DNA of 64,000 nt from an uncultured Pseudomonadota bacterium (GCA_903891165.1 CAITDR010000124.1:2088-66087); one strand, 5' to 3'. Counted from the stretch's first letter, positions 27,976 to 38,557 are shown. The notes: generated from the sequence alone by a model not told the origin. Made by a program: numbers and translations.

Positions 27976-28961
27976 GGCTTCTCTCCAGGAATTCCTAAAG
28001 CGCGCCGTCCGGATTGGGTGAGAATACGCCCCTGCGGGGTCCGCTGCACAAGGCCCTCCCGGATCAAAAAGGGCTCGCAGACCTCCTCGATGGTGTCCTG
28101 CTCTTCGCCGATGGCCGCGGCGAGGTTGGATAGTCCCACCGGACCTCCATCAAAACGCACTGCAATGGCGTGGAGGATACGACGATCCAGGCTGTCCAGG
28201 CCGCGCTCGTCCACGTCCAGGCGCCCCAGCGCCATGCGGGTCAGCTCCAGATCGATCACACCGTTACGATGAACCTGGGCAAAATCCCGCGCCCGACGCA
28301 GCAAACGGTTGGCAATCCGTGGGGTGCCCCGGGAGCGGCGCGCCAGCTCGAGCGCCGCATCTTCGGTCAGCTCCAGGCTCAGGCGTCCGGCACTCTGGAG
28401 GAGGATCGTTCTTAATTCGGCGGGCTGATAAAAATCGAGGACGGCCTGGATGCCGAAGCGGCCGCGCAGCGGACTGGTGAGTAGCCCGGAGCGGGTGGTG
28501 GCACCGACAAGGGTGAAGCGGGGCAGGGGCAGGCGCACCGACTGGGCCCCCGGACCCTGACCCAGGACAATGTCAATATGAAAGTCTTCTAAAGCCGGGT
28601 AGAGCACTTCTTCCACCGCACGCGGGAGGCGGTGGATTTCGTCGATAAAAAGCACCTCGCGCGGGCCCAGGCTGTTGAGGATCGCGGCCAGATCGCCGCC
28701 TCTTTCCAGGGTAGGTCCCGAAGCCGTACGCAGACCAACGCCCAGCTCGGTTGCAATGATGTGGGCGAGGGAGGTTTTTCCAAGACCCGGCGGGCCCGAC
28801 AGGAGCACATGGTCCAGCGCCTCGTTGCGCGCCATGGCGGCCTGGACGTAGACCTTCAGGTTGTCCTTGATCTTCTCCTGGCCAATGTAGTCCGCAAAAC
28901 GACGCGGACGAAGCGCGGGATCGACCTGCTCCTGCTCCACCGGATCCACCAAGCGGGTCAC
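27972..28961 (-). CDS. ruvB: Holliday junction branch migration ATPase RuvB
   Basis: [42 protein letters not shown]. Confidence 0.98.
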   Translation of the reverse strand: MTRLVDPVEQEQVDPALRPRRFADYIGQEKIKDNLKVYVQAAMARNEALDHVLLSGPPGLGKTSLAHIIATELGVGLRTASGPTLERGGDLAAILNSLGPREVLFIDEIHRLPRAVEEVLYPALEDFHIDIVLGQGPGAQSVRLPLPRFTLVGATTRSGLLTSPLRGRFGIQAVLDFYQPAELRTILLQSAGRLSLELTEDAALELARRSRGTPRIANRLLRRARDFAQVHRNGVIDLELTRMALGRLDVDERGLDSLDRRILHAIAVRFDGGPVGLSNLAAAIGEEQDTIEEVCEPFLIREGLVQRTPQGRILTQSGRRALGIPGEKP

Positions 28962-29533
28962 GCGCCACCTCCGGCAAAGATACGCAGCGCCTCGGCGAGG
29001 CGCGCCTGTAGCGGTGCGGCGCCCATACCCCGCTCCTTCAGAGTCTGCATCGTGCTGTCGATTTCAGAGGGTTTATAGCCCAATCTTCCGAGTGCCAGGG
29101 GCAGCGGATCGTCGGGACTGTGGATGACGGTCGAGGCGCCACCGGTAAGCTTGCCCTTCAGCTCCAGAATCAGGCGTTCGGCCGTCTTTTTTCCGATGCC
29201 GGAGATGGTGGAGAGGGTGCGGACATCGCCGCCGTTGACGGCCTGGGCCAAGGCGTCTACCGAAAGTGCTGAGAGCGCCGAAAGACCGATCCGTGGCCCC
29301 ACCTGGCTCACCGAGATCAGTTGTTCAAAGACCTTTTTTTCGGCCGGGCTGCCGAAGCCATACAGGGTGATCGCATCCTCCCGGACGGCCGTATAGATCC
29401 ACAGGGTGACGTCGCCTCGCAACGTCGCCAGCAACCGCTCCGGCACCAGAACGGCATAGCCGACCCCACCCACATCCAGGATCATCTGCTCGCCGTCCAC
29501 CTCGGCCACGGTACCGCGCAGTCTTCCGATCAT
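28958..29533 (-). CDS. ruvA: Holliday junction binding protein RuvA
   Basis: [39 protein letters not shown]. Confidence 0.97.
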   Translation of the reverse strand: MIGRLRGTVAEVDGEQMILDVGGVGYAVLVPERLLATLRGDVTLWIYTAVREDAITLYGFGSPAEKKVFEQLISVSQVGPRIGLSALSALSVDALAQAVNGGDVRTLSTISGIGKKTAERLILELKGKLTGGASTVIHSPDDPLPLALGRLGYKPSEIDSTMQTLKERGMGAAPLQARLAEALRIFAGGGA

Positions 29534-30021
29534 TTAGGGGCTCCCGGCATATTTTTCCAACCGTGCGCATGGTGGGTGATGGCGATGGCCACCGCGTCGG
29601 AGACATCGTGGGGCCCGCCCACCGGCGCCCCCAACAAAAGCCCCACCATCCGCTGCATCTGCTCTTTGTCAGCTCTTCCCGAGCCGGCAACCGAACTTTT
29701 GACGGTCATGGCATTGTATTCCTGCACGGCAAGGCCACGCTGCGCCAAGGCGAGGAGCGCCACCCCACGCGCCTGCCCCAACTTCAGCGCGCTGGTGGAG
29801 GACTTGTGCGAAAAAATCGCTTCAATCGCCGCACATTCGGGCTTGTATCGATCAATCACCTCCAGAAGACCTTCGTAGATCTCCCGCAGCCGCTCGCCGG
29901 TGAGCGCATCGGTATCGGTGCGGATTGCGCCCCCGGCTACCAGCCGATAGCGTCCGGCCTCCCGCTCCACCAGCCCCCAGCCGGTGGTGCGGCTGCCAGG
30001 GTCCACCCCGAGCACACGCAT
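29530..30021 (-). CDS. ruvC: Holliday junction resolvase RuvC
   Basis: GVDPGS..TGWG, AIEAIF, LGQARG, DVSDAVAIAITH. Confidence 0.97.
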   Translation of the reverse strand: MRVLGVDPGSRTTGWGLVEREAGRYRLVAGGAIRTDTDALTGERLREIYEGLLEVIDRYKPECAAIEAIFSHKSSTSALKLGQARGVALLALAQRGLAVQEYNAMTVKSSVAGSGRADKEQMQRMVGLLLGAPVGGPHDVSDAVAIAITHHAHGWKNMPGAPK

Positions 30022-30075
30022 CGAAGCTCTCCACGCGCGAAGGGACTATCCGGTGGGGGGGGCTTGCGCAAGGGT

Positions 30076-31830
30076 TCAGTGACCGACGGACGCCACCCCA
30101 AAACGCACCCGCCCCTTCTCCTCCTCCACCTTCCCCCGATCCCCTAGCTCCCGATCCAGCATCAATGCCGGATCCCAGCGCCAGATCGACCGGTCGCCAT
30201 TCCGCTCGATCCACACCTTCCCTTCGGCCACCGCTCGGCTGGCGGCGGCCAGATCGAAGCCGGAGGCACCTGGAAAAAGTGGAGAGAGATCGCGAATCAA
30301 TGCCTCGAAGCGGCCCTGCACCTCGGGATCTACAAATTGGTAGCGATAGCGGGCCGTATAGGCCACGTGCAGCCAGGCGGGGCGTAGACCCACCCCGACC
30401 AGCCCCAAACGGGCGGCCATCCTCCCCAAAAGCTCCCCGGCCTCCCGGGCCATCCCCAGGCCGGGCACCTCTTGACCTGGCAAGGGTGGACGCTTAAAAG
30501 CTCCCTTCGGATGCCGTAAGGTAAGCCAATGAACAAACAAAACCCGCTGGTCTTCCAGTGTCTGGATCTCCAGGCTGGACTCCACCAGGATCTCCCGCTG
30601 CGGTGCCTCGGAAAAGCGGCCGCTCAACTGCATCCGCTCCCCCGGATCGGCCGCAAGCAGCTCCACACGGAAGTCGTGGTAGCCCAGGCTTTCCAGGGTG
30701 TGGAGGATGCCGAAGTGGTGCAGGGCCACCTCCACCCCGGCCGCCGTATAAAAACCCAGGAGACGGTCGGGTTTTGCCGGACGTAAGCCGAGGGTTGCGG
30801 CCAGATCGTCGTCCGACAGCTCCCAGGATCCCAGCTTGTCCTTGGGGAGTTCTTCCGAGAGGCGCGCATAGCGAAGGGCCATCGGATCGACGGTGACGGG
30901 TATCTTGGGCGGGCTATGCCGCCGCAAAATCCAGGCGGTACCTGCCAGGAGTCGCCAGGCATCCTCCCGGTACCCTCCGCCGGGCAACCATACCGACGGA
31001 AGCGCTTTGAGCTTTTCTGCTACCCGACGATCTCGCTCCCAGGCCCCGTCAAAACTCAGGGCCAGGCCGCCCAGGGGATCCCCCGCCAGCACGTCGCCCC
31101 CGGCGATGACAAAAACCAGCGCACAGGGCGGCATCCGCAACAACAGCGCGTTCAGCCGCTCCAGGTAAGCGGCATCGTCTGCCCTGGGGCACACCGTTTC
31201 GTCCACCCCGGGCAGCTCTCCCCAATCCACGCCAGAAATGGATCCAATCCAGATTTCTCCTAATTTTTCGGTACATGCGGCGGTGCCATCAGGCGGGTGC
31301 GCATCGAGATCAAGGACGCCAATTCGGCCTTTAAAACCCTCACTCCGCAGCACCGCCACCGCCACGGCGATGTCATTGACCGCACACATCCCCGCTCCCT
31401 TTCCGGGATAGGCATGGTGGAAGCCGCCAAAAAGATTGAGCGCGACCCCCTTGGTCTGTAGCACCTCCCGTGCCGCCGCCAGCGTGCCCCCGCAGGCCAT
31501 CCGGATGGCGGAGAGCAGCGGATCCACCTGAATATCCCAGCTTTCCAGTGCAAAAACCCGCGCCAGGGTTTCGGGCAGGCTCAGTGCCTCCAGCCAGGCC
31601 GCGTCGTGGACCCGCGCCAGGTCTGAGTAGGCAATCCGCTCCGGACGCCGTTGTTGATCTTTCCCAAGGATCCCCTCCTCTTCCAGAAACCACAGCACCA
31701 GATCGGCGCGCCGCGGATCAAAGCCCACCCGCGCCTGCATCGTCGTAAAGGGCAGACGGTAGGAGGGGTCGTACCACACGGGGACCTGTGGGGCGGACCA
31801 CCAGTCGGAGAGGCGTTGGAGGATAGACAC
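30076..31830 (-). CDS. Histone deacetylase family protein with a C-terminal extension
   Basis: GGFHHA, G.C.VND, DLDAH, GD...DPLG, GGGY. Confidence 0.88.
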   Translation of the reverse strand: MSILQRLSDWWSAPQVPVWYDPSYRLPFTTMQARVGFDPRRADLVLWFLEEEGILGKDQQRRPERIAYSDLARVHDAAWLEALSLPETLARVFALESWDIQVDPLLSAIRMACGGTLAAAREVLQTKGVALNLFGGFHHAYPGKGAGMCAVNDIAVAVAVLRSEGFKGRIGVLDLDAHPPDGTAACTEKLGEIWIGSISGVDWGELPGVDETVCPRADDAAYLERLNALLLRMPPCALVFVIAGGDVLAGDPLGGLALSFDGAWERDRRVAEKLKALPSVWLPGGGYREDAWRLLAGTAWILRRHSPPKIPVTVDPMALRYARLSEELPKDKLGSWELSDDDLAATLGLRPAKPDRLLGFYTAAGVEVALHHFGILHTLESLGYHDFRVELLAADPGERMQLSGRFSEAPQREILVESSLEIQTLEDQRVLFVHWLTLRHPKGAFKRPPLPGQEVPGLGMAREAGELLGRMAARLGLVGVGLRPAWLHVAYTARYRYQFVDPEVQGRFEALIRDLSPLFPGASGFDLAAASRAVAEGKVWIERNGDRSIWRWDPALMLDRELGDRGKVEEEKGRVRFGVASVGH

Positions 31831-31911
31831 ATCGCTGTCTATCCCGGCGCCGCCCCAGCCCCTCCCAAAAAACCCTTCCCCTTTGCCCCACGGTGACTAG
31901 CTTCCTCCGCC

Positions 31912-32166
31912 ATGCCGCGCCCGACCTTCCCCCATACGATGTTGGATCTTGTCCATGCTGTTGATGGCCCGCTGGGCCTCGTGGTGGGGGATCTCCCCAA
32001 TGGGCAACTTTATGTGCTGAAACGAAATCGGAAGACGCCGGGCTACAGCCTGTTGGGCTACCGGGATGTCAGCCGAAAGGATCTGCTGTCCAGCCGGGAG
32101 ATCGCAGATCGTCGCGAGGCATTGAATGCTATGTCTGAGGCCATCGGCCTGGGAGAACGCCTATGA
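31912..32166 (+). CDS. Small hypothetical protein
   Basis: 84-aa ORF coupled (ATGA) to the helicase gene. Confidence 0.65.
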   Translation: MPRPTFPHTMLDLVHAVDGPLGLVVGDLPNGQLYVLKRNRKTPGYSLLGYRDVSRKDLLSSREIADRREALNAMSEAIGLGERL

Positions 32167-34199
32167 ACCCGGTGGTACAAGAAGAGATCGGCTGTCTGGA
32201 AGAGGTCGTCGCGGCGATGCAGCGGGTGCCTCCGCCGGAGAGCCTGGACGAAACTGGGCTTTTGGCGGAGCTGGAGCGGCTTCGGGAAGACGCACGCACC
32301 GCCAAAAACGAAGATAAAGCCGCCATTGAGCAGCACTATGAGCATATGGGGCGCCTGTTGGAGCAGCTCCGCAAGGGGCGGCCCACCGACTCCGTGGACC
32401 CCGAGAGCCCCTATTTTGCCCACATCCGTATCCGGCAGGGCAGTCGGGACACCGACATCTTCCTGGGCAAGGCAACGCGACTCGGCGATGGTCTGCGGAT
32501 TGTAGACTGGCGCCATGCGCCCATCGCAAAAGTCTACTACCAGTACGAGGAAGGAGAGGAGTACGAAGAGGATCTTGGCCATAAAACCTTGACAGGTCAA
32601 GTGATAGCACGGCGCACCGTCTCCATCCGGGAGCGGGAGCTGGAGCGGGTTTCTGCGCCGCAAGGCACCTGGGTTCGGGAGGACGGCGCGTGGACCGAAT
32701 TGGCCACCTTGAAGCCGGTTCGTATGGATGCCACGGGGGTCTTTTTGTGGCACCGGGCCGCAGGGGACCAGAAATTGGGCACCGGTCTGGCGCGGCGGGC
32801 CGACAAACACCTGCCGGACATTGCCGCACTCATCGACAAAGAGCAGTTTGAACTTATCTCAAGGCCCGACGCCGGGCCGGTGATCCTGCGGGGTGGTGCC
32901 GGATCGGGCAAGACCACAGTGGCCCTGCACCGCATCGCCTGGCTGGCCCACCAGAACCCCACCCGCTTTGCACCGCACCGGATGCAGGTAGTCGTTTGGG
33001 GCAAGGCACTTCGGGACTATGTAAGCAAGGTCCTGCCGAATCTGGGGGTGAACAATGTGGCGGTCACCACCTGGTCGGAGTGGTCCCGGCGGCTGGTGGG
33101 TCGTCTCTTTCCGATGTTGCCGGGCCACGCAAATGCCAACACCCCTGCCATGGTTGCCAGGTTCAAGCTGCATCCTGCACTTCCGTTGAAGCTGGAAAAG
33201 CTGATCCGCGGCCGCAAGGTGCAGGCCAACCCCTCGGCGGTCTTAGAGGACTGGCGCCTGGTGACCTCCGACCGGAGCCTGATGGAAGAGCTGGGCTTTA
33301 CCCCTGCAGAAACCGAGCAGATCGCCGAACATGCCCGCGCTCAGCAGACCCAGTTGGACCGGCGCCTGGAGCGGGAAAAGGGAGCGGAACCCTGGCTGGA
33401 CGAGGAGGACGACGCCATCCTCTTGCGATGCTGGCAGCTCCGCCTGGGGGCGCTGAAGGCCAAAGGTGGTGGAGAGCTGCGCTACAGCCACATTGCCGTG
33501 GATGAAGCCCAGGATTTTGCAGCGATGGAACTTGCCGTGCTGATGGGCACCCTGGACAAACACCGCTGCATCACGCTGGCGGGTGACACCCAGCAGCACA
33601 TTCTGGAAGTGGGCGGAACCGGCGATTGGAGCACCCTTCTCGATAGCCTGGGTATCCCAGCCACATCGTTGTCCTCGCTGCGCATCTCCTACCGCTCCAC
33701 CCGCCCGATCACCGCCTATGCCCGGGCCATCCTGGGCAAAGCCGCAGAGGACGACCAGGCACCGCTGACCACCCGCGACGGCCCCCCCGTCGAGATCCTC
33801 CCCTTCCCCGACCACGGTGCCTGTGTGGACTTTTTGGGGCGTGCGCTGCGGCCGCTCTTGGGACGGGAGCCCAATGCCTCCATCGCCATCATTACGCCCA
33901 CGTTGGAGCTTGCCCGCACCTATTTCCGGGGTCTGGAGCGGATGGAGCTGGCAAGGCTGCGGCTGATAGAGGATCAGACCTACAGCTTCACCCCCGGCAT
34001 CGACGTGGTGGATGTAAGCCAGGTCAAGGGACTTGAGTTCGACTATGTAATTGTGGTGGAGGCCAGCAGCGAGTACTACCCGGATCGCCCGCACCTGCGT
34101 CGTCTCTTGCATGTGGCGGCCTCGCGTGCGATCCACCAGCTCTGGTTTACGATGGTGGGTGACCCCTCACCGCTGCTTCCTCGGGAGGTCAAGCCATGA
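32163..34199 (+). CDS. UvrD-like SF1 ATPase, HelD-like
   Basis: SPYFAH, IVDWR.API..YY, GGAGSGKTTVALHR, VDEAQD, GDTQQ, SYRST, KGLEFD. Confidence 0.85.
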   Translation: MNPVVQEEIGCLEEVVAAMQRVPPPESLDETGLLAELERLREDARTAKNEDKAAIEQHYEHMGRLLEQLRKGRPTDSVDPESPYFAHIRIRQGSRDTDIFLGKATRLGDGLRIVDWRHAPIAKVYYQYEEGEEYEEDLGHKTLTGQVIARRTVSIRERELERVSAPQGTWVREDGAWTELATLKPVRMDATGVFLWHRAAGDQKLGTGLARRADKHLPDIAALIDKEQFELISRPDAGPVILRGGAGSGKTTVALHRIAWLAHQNPTRFAPHRMQVVVWGKALRDYVSKVLPNLGVNNVAVTTWSEWSRRLVGRLFPMLPGHANANTPAMVARFKLHPALPLKLEKLIRGRKVQANPSAVLEDWRLVTSDRSLMEELGFTPAETEQIAEHARAQQTQLDRRLEREKGAEPWLDEEDDAILLRCWQLRLGALKAKGGGELRYSHIAVDEAQDFAAMELAVLMGTLDKHRCITLAGDTQQHILEVGGTGDWSTLLDSLGIPATSLSSLRISYRSTRPITAYARAILGKAAEDDQAPLTTRDGPPVEILPFPDHGACVDFLGRALRPLLGREPNASIAIITPTLELARTYFRGLERMELARLRLIEDQTYSFTPGIDVVDVSQVKGLEFDYVIVVEASSEYYPDRPHLRRLLHVAASRAIHQLWFTMVGDPSPLLPREVKP

Positions 34200-35131
34200 A
34201 TCCTGCGGCCCTTACCCGTCTGCGTAGTGGCGGAACCGACCGGTTGGTGGATCTGCTCCTGGATGATGTTCTGGATCGCCCGCTGGCCGAGCTGGTGGAC
34301 CCGGCCTGGGCGGCCCGACAATTGGTGGTGGCCGCACGTGCGGTGGCGGCCGACCAGAAGCTGGAAGACTGGCTGCGGCAGCGCTTGGCCGAGCTGAGAA
34401 AGCAGGTTCCCAGAGGGCATCTTCCCCTCCCCGCCGAGGTGCGGCGCCCGCTGGAGGAGGTGCTCAAAAAGCCCTACCGTCCGGACCGGCTCCTTGTTGG
34501 GCGACTGATGGATCACGACGCCGCTCGGCTGATGCTGAAGAGCACTTTTCAGGATCTTCTGGTCAGCTTTGGGCGCAAGTTAAAGCCGGTGATGCCCAGC
34601 AAACCGCCCGGGCTCAACCTGGGAAGGCTCTCCAAAATCGGCGAAGCGGTCAGCGGGGTGGTGGGACAGGAAGTCGAGCGGCAGGTGGAGGAGAAGGCAC
34701 GGGAGTTTATGGAGGCCGGGGTGCAGAGGCTGGTGAACACCATCGCCGATCACCTGTGTGACCCGCGCCATGTGCAGGAGTACGCATCCTGGCGGGTCTA
34801 TGCGTTGGATGTACTTTTAAGCACGGATATGCGCGATCTGGAGAAGGAGTTAGAGAAGCTGGATCCGGATGCTTTGGTCGCGACCGGTACCGCAATTGCC
34901 CGGGGTTTTCTGGGAAGAGCGGAGCTGGAGGGAGAGCTGGAAACGGTGATGAAGGCGGCCCTGGATCAGACTGGCAACCGATCGCTGCGCGACCTGCTTT
35001 CTGAAGTAGGAAGTGGAGAGTTGGGCGACCAAAGTATCAAAATGCTCCGGGACCTGCTGCGGCAACGTGCGGCGGCCGTGGTGGAAACGGAGGCCTTCGC
35101 CCAGTGGTGGGCGGAGGTGGTGGAGGGATGA
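34196..35131 (+). CDS. Hypothetical helical protein
   Basis: 311-aa ORF coupled by ATGA overlaps on both sides. Confidence 0.7.
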   Translation: MNPAALTRLRSGGTDRLVDLLLDDVLDRPLAELVDPAWAARQLVVAARAVAADQKLEDWLRQRLAELRKQVPRGHLPLPAEVRRPLEEVLKKPYRPDRLLVGRLMDHDAARLMLKSTFQDLLVSFGRKLKPVMPSKPPGLNLGRLSKIGEAVSGVVGQEVERQVEEKAREFMEAGVQRLVNTIADHLCDPRHVQEYASWRVYALDVLLSTDMRDLEKELEKLDPDALVATGTAIARGFLGRAELEGELETVMKAALDQTGNRSLRDLLSEVGSGELGDQSIKMLRDLLRQRAAAVVETEAFAQWWAEVVEG

Positions 35132-36096
35132 TCTGGCTCTCCGCGCTGGCCTGGGCACACCGGCCAGGACTTTCCTACGCCAAGATCGAGGGAGATAGCC
35201 TGATTCTCACCTTTGCGGCGCCAGAGCTGCAGGGACTTGCGCCGCTGAACGACCTGGAAGCCTCACGTCTGCTCCTGGCCCAGGCAACCATCGACAAAAC
35301 CGAAGTGTTGTCGAATGATATCGTCTGCCCGCATAGCGAAGCCACCATCCACGCCGTGGAAAATGATGGGATCGAGCTGCGCTCTACGCTGGACTGCCCC
35401 TCGGGCGATACGTGGACCTACCGCGCCAACTTTTTGAAGGACTTTGAGCCCGGGCACCGGCACTACCTGGAGGTGGATGCCCAGCCCATCGGTGTACTGG
35501 ATCAAGGCAACCTGGAAGCCACTTTTACGGGGGTTGCCGACCGGAGCGAGGTGGCAGAGCGCTTCCTGCACCTGGGGGTGGAGCATATCTGGACCGGCTA
35601 CGACCACCTGCTCTTTTTGGCCGGGCTTTTGTTAGCAGCCGCGCGCCTGAAAGATATGTTATTTATTGTAACCGGATTCACGGTGGCCCACTCCATCACC
35701 CTGTCACTGGCGGCCACCGGGATCCTGGTGGTGCCTCCGGAGATCGTGGAGCCCGCCATCGCCGCCTCCATCGTGTGGGTGGGGCTGGAGAACCTGTGGA
35801 AGCCCCCACCCCGACGGCGGGTGGTGCTCACATTTTTGTTGGGCTTGATTCACGGCTTTGGTTTCGCCGGAATGTTGGCCGAGCTGGGGCTGCCCGCGGG
35901 AAATCTGGCCTTGGCGCTGGTGTGTTTCAACGGCGGAGTAGAGCTGGGACAGGCGGGTGTGGTGCTGGTGCTGCTGCCGATCCTGTTGCTGCTACGACGG
36001 CGGCCCTGGTGGGAACGGTATGCCGTACCGCTGTTGTCGCTCGGGGTAGCGGCGATGGGGCTTTATTGGCTGGTGGAGCGGGTTTTGGGGAGGTGA
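35128..36096 (+). CDS. HupE/UreJ family protein
   Basis: GVEHIWTGYDHLLF, FTVAHSITL, GLIHGFGFA, FNGGVELGQ. Confidence 0.92.
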   Translation: MIWLSALAWAHRPGLSYAKIEGDSLILTFAAPELQGLAPLNDLEASRLLLAQATIDKTEVLSNDIVCPHSEATIHAVENDGIELRSTLDCPSGDTWTYRANFLKDFEPGHRHYLEVDAQPIGVLDQGNLEATFTGVADRSEVAERFLHLGVEHIWTGYDHLLFLAGLLLAAARLKDMLFIVTGFTVAHSITLSLAATGILVVPPEIVEPAIAASIVWVGLENLWKPPPRRRVVLTFLLGLIHGFGFAGMLAELGLPAGNLALALVCFNGGVELGQAGVVLVLLPILLLLRRRPWWERYAVPLLSLGVAAMGLYWLVERVLGR

Positions 36097-36111
36097 ATGA
36101 GGGTTCATTCA
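36094..36111. repeat. Palindrome TGAATGA-GGGT-TCATTCA (left copy)
   Basis: Perfect 7-bp arms; 17/18 identical to the reverse complement of 37823-37840. Confidence 0.85.
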
Positions 36112-36166
36112 TTGTCCGGCGCGGCGATGGCTGCCGGAGGGGCCCGCTTCATGATAACTTGCAGCG

Positions 36167-37804
36167 ATGCCGCCGCCGATCCTGATCTCCACCTCTGACT
36201 TCCTGAAGATTCGCAAGGCCCAAGGTCTGTATGTGGACAAAAGCGACTTCATCGTGGAAGTGCTCCGGCGGCCGGCCGAGGCCCAGCTTTACCCGCGGCC
36301 CCGGCGTTTTGGAAAGACCACGAGCATGTCGGCGTTACGCTATTTCCTGGAAAAAGGGGAAGATCGGAGCAGCTTCTTCTCCGACCTGAAGGTCTGGCAG
36401 GATCCGCTGTGTCGGAAGCACTTTCAGAAGTATGCAGTGATCAACCTGAGCTTCAAAGACGTAAAACCGCAGCGATGGGAGGAGATGAAGGTACAACTTG
36501 AGGATGTGGTGCGCGACGAGCTACGGCGACACATGCCCGGGCTGCGGACCGCAGGGATCGATCCGGCGCTGGTGGGGATGCTGGATGCGGCAAGCTCCGG
36601 CGATGTTCGCCCCAGAATTCTCGTCAACCTCTGCGAGGCGCTGTACGCCGCAACCGGCGAAAATGTAGTGCTGCTGATCGACGAGTACGACGCCCCCCTT
36701 CTGCACGCCTGGACTCGCGGCTACTACGACGAAGTTGCCTCCTGGTTCCGGGCTTTTCTTACGGCCGGCCTCAAGGACAACAGCTACCTGTACCGGGGCG
36801 TGCTGACCGGGATCCTCCGCGTTGCCAAAGAGTCCATGTTTTCTGGGCTCAACAACGTACAGGTCTATAGCCTACTCTCCAAAAAGGAGGAGCTGTTCGG
36901 CTTCACCGAAGCCGAAGTAGCCGATCTGTTGCAACTCTATGGCCGGGAGGCCGAAGCGGAAGAAATCCGGGCTTGGTACAATGGCTATCGCTTTGGGGGG
37001 CGCACCGTCTACAACCCCTGGTCCATCCTGAGCGTGCTGGGCTCGCCGGAGGAGGATCTGGGCCCTCACTGGCTGAACACCAGCGACAATGCCATGGTGC
37101 GCGAGCTTTTGTTGAAGGAGGCGGATCTACAACCTGCCATCACAACCTTGTTAGCAGGAGGTTCCATTGAGCGGAGTGTGGACGAAAATGTAGTACTACG
37201 CGACCTGACCGGGGATCATATCTGGAGCTTCCTACTCTTTTCTGGCTATCTGAAGGCACTTTCTTTCCGGGAGGATCAGGGGCGAACGCTTGCTGAGTTG
37301 GGCATTCCCAATCGGGAAGTGACCAAACTCTGGCAGAACACCTTTGTGCGCTGGCTGGAAACGGCGGCGGGTCAGATCGAGCCACTGCACCAGGCCATCC
37401 TTGCCGGTGCAGCCGAAAAGGTAGAGCAGATCCTATCCAAAATGCTACTTCGGCACGTCTCGCAACACGACGTGACCATGACCCAGAGCGAAGCCTTCTA
37501 TCACGCATTTGTGTTAGGATTACTGGTGAGCATGGAGCGCACACACTTCGTGCGCAGCAACCGGGAAGTAGGCAAGGGTCGTGCGGATGTCCAGATCATT
37601 CCCAAACAGCCTGGCCAGCCGGGAGTGGTACTGGAGTTCAAAAGACAGGACGACAAACGGAGCCTTTTTGCCCACGCCGGAGCCGCCCTGCGCCAGATCC
37701 AGCAGAAGGGCTACTGCACCGAGCTGGAGTCCGCCGGCGCCACCCCCATCCACCGCCTGGGCATCTCCTTTGCGGGAAAAGACGTGTCGGTTCGGGGTGG
37801 TTGA
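36167..37804 (+). CDS. AAA-ATPase-like plus PD-(D/E)xK nuclease (PDDEXK_9 type)
   Basis: YVDKS, RPRRFGKT, LIDEYDAP, WYNGY, YNPWS, EAFYH, SNREVGKGRADV..VLEFK. Confidence 0.92.
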   Translation: MPPPILISTSDFLKIRKAQGLYVDKSDFIVEVLRRPAEAQLYPRPRRFGKTTSMSALRYFLEKGEDRSSFFSDLKVWQDPLCRKHFQKYAVINLSFKDVKPQRWEEMKVQLEDVVRDELRRHMPGLRTAGIDPALVGMLDAASSGDVRPRILVNLCEALYAATGENVVLLIDEYDAPLLHAWTRGYYDEVASWFRAFLTAGLKDNSYLYRGVLTGILRVAKESMFSGLNNVQVYSLLSKKEELFGFTEAEVADLLQLYGREAEAEEIRAWYNGYRFGGRTVYNPWSILSVLGSPEEDLGPHWLNTSDNAMVRELLLKEADLQPAITTLLAGGSIERSVDENVVLRDLTGDHIWSFLLFSGYLKALSFREDQGRTLAELGIPNREVTKLWQNTFVRWLETAAGQIEPLHQAILAGAAEKVEQILSKMLLRHVSQHDVTMTQSEAFYHAFVLGLLVSMERTHFVRSNREVGKGRADVQIIPKQPGQPGVVLEFKRQDDKRSLFAHAGAALRQIQQKGYCTELESAGATPIHRLGISFAGKDVSVRGG

Positions 37805-37822
37805 GGGGGGCCATCTCTCCCC

Positions 37823-37840
37823 TGAATGAAGCCTCATTCA
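37823..37840. repeat. Palindrome TGAATGA-AGCC-TCATTCA (right copy)
   Basis: Perfect 7-bp arms, in a convergent intergenic gap. Confidence 0.85.
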
Positions 37841-37933
37841 TTTCTTCCCCACCTCCAAGCCCCCGAAAAGGCGCCTGCGGCGTTCCTCGCCGCACGCGCC
37901 TTTGTGGGTGTTGCAACCGCCAGGCTTATTCCC

Positions 37934-38557
37934 CTAAAAAATCCGCTCCCACCTTTGTAAGAGCGCTTTGGCTTTCGGGCCGCCGCGGGGGCTGGGCAGG
38001 GGGTCCACTTCTCCTTCGGGAGATTCTACCAGCTCTTGTAGGGCGCTGATCCGCTCGCCCAGGATCGGCTCGCTGGGGTGGGCTTCGGCAATTCTCAGCC
38101 ATACTCCCAGGGCTTCTTCCAGTTTTCCAGCACCCTCCAGCCGCTCAGCAACGGCAGGACGGTCGAAGGGATCCTCTCCCCGGAGTGTGGAGAGCGCGGT
38201 TTGTGTAGACAAGGCGGCGCGTAGCTCGGACACCCGCACGTCGGAAGGCGCAAAGCCGCTCATCCGGTCCAGCACCACTCTGGCTTCACGCCACTGCCCT
38301 TCGGCGGCCAACAGCCGGGCCAGCAACAGCCCGGCAGATAACTGTGATGGCTCTCCGTTGAGTACCTCCTCCAGCACCCCGATGGCCAGCCGCCTCGCTC
38401 CCCCTTCGGCGTGCACCCTCGCCAGCAATACCCTCCCTGCGGCATGGTCGGGCGCGGCCACAAACAGCTCTCTCAGGGTCTGGAGTGCTTCCTCCCGCTC
38501 TCCCTGCTCCAACAGCTGCTCGGCCCGCGCTAACAGGCTCTGCGCGCTGCTCCTCAT
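37934..38557 (-). CDS. TPR protein
   Basis: Tandem TPR-like helices; ATGA-coupled to the upstream gene. Confidence 0.7.
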   Translation of the reverse strand: MRSSAQSLLARAEQLLEQGEREEALQTLRELFVAAPDHAAGRVLLARVHAEGGARRLAIGVLEEVLNGEPSQLSAGLLLARLLAAEGQWREARVVLDRMSGFAPSDVRVSELRAALSTQTALSTLRGEDPFDRPAVAERLEGAGKLEEALGVWLRIAEAHPSEPILGERISALQELVESPEGEVDPLPSPRGGPKAKALLQRWERIF

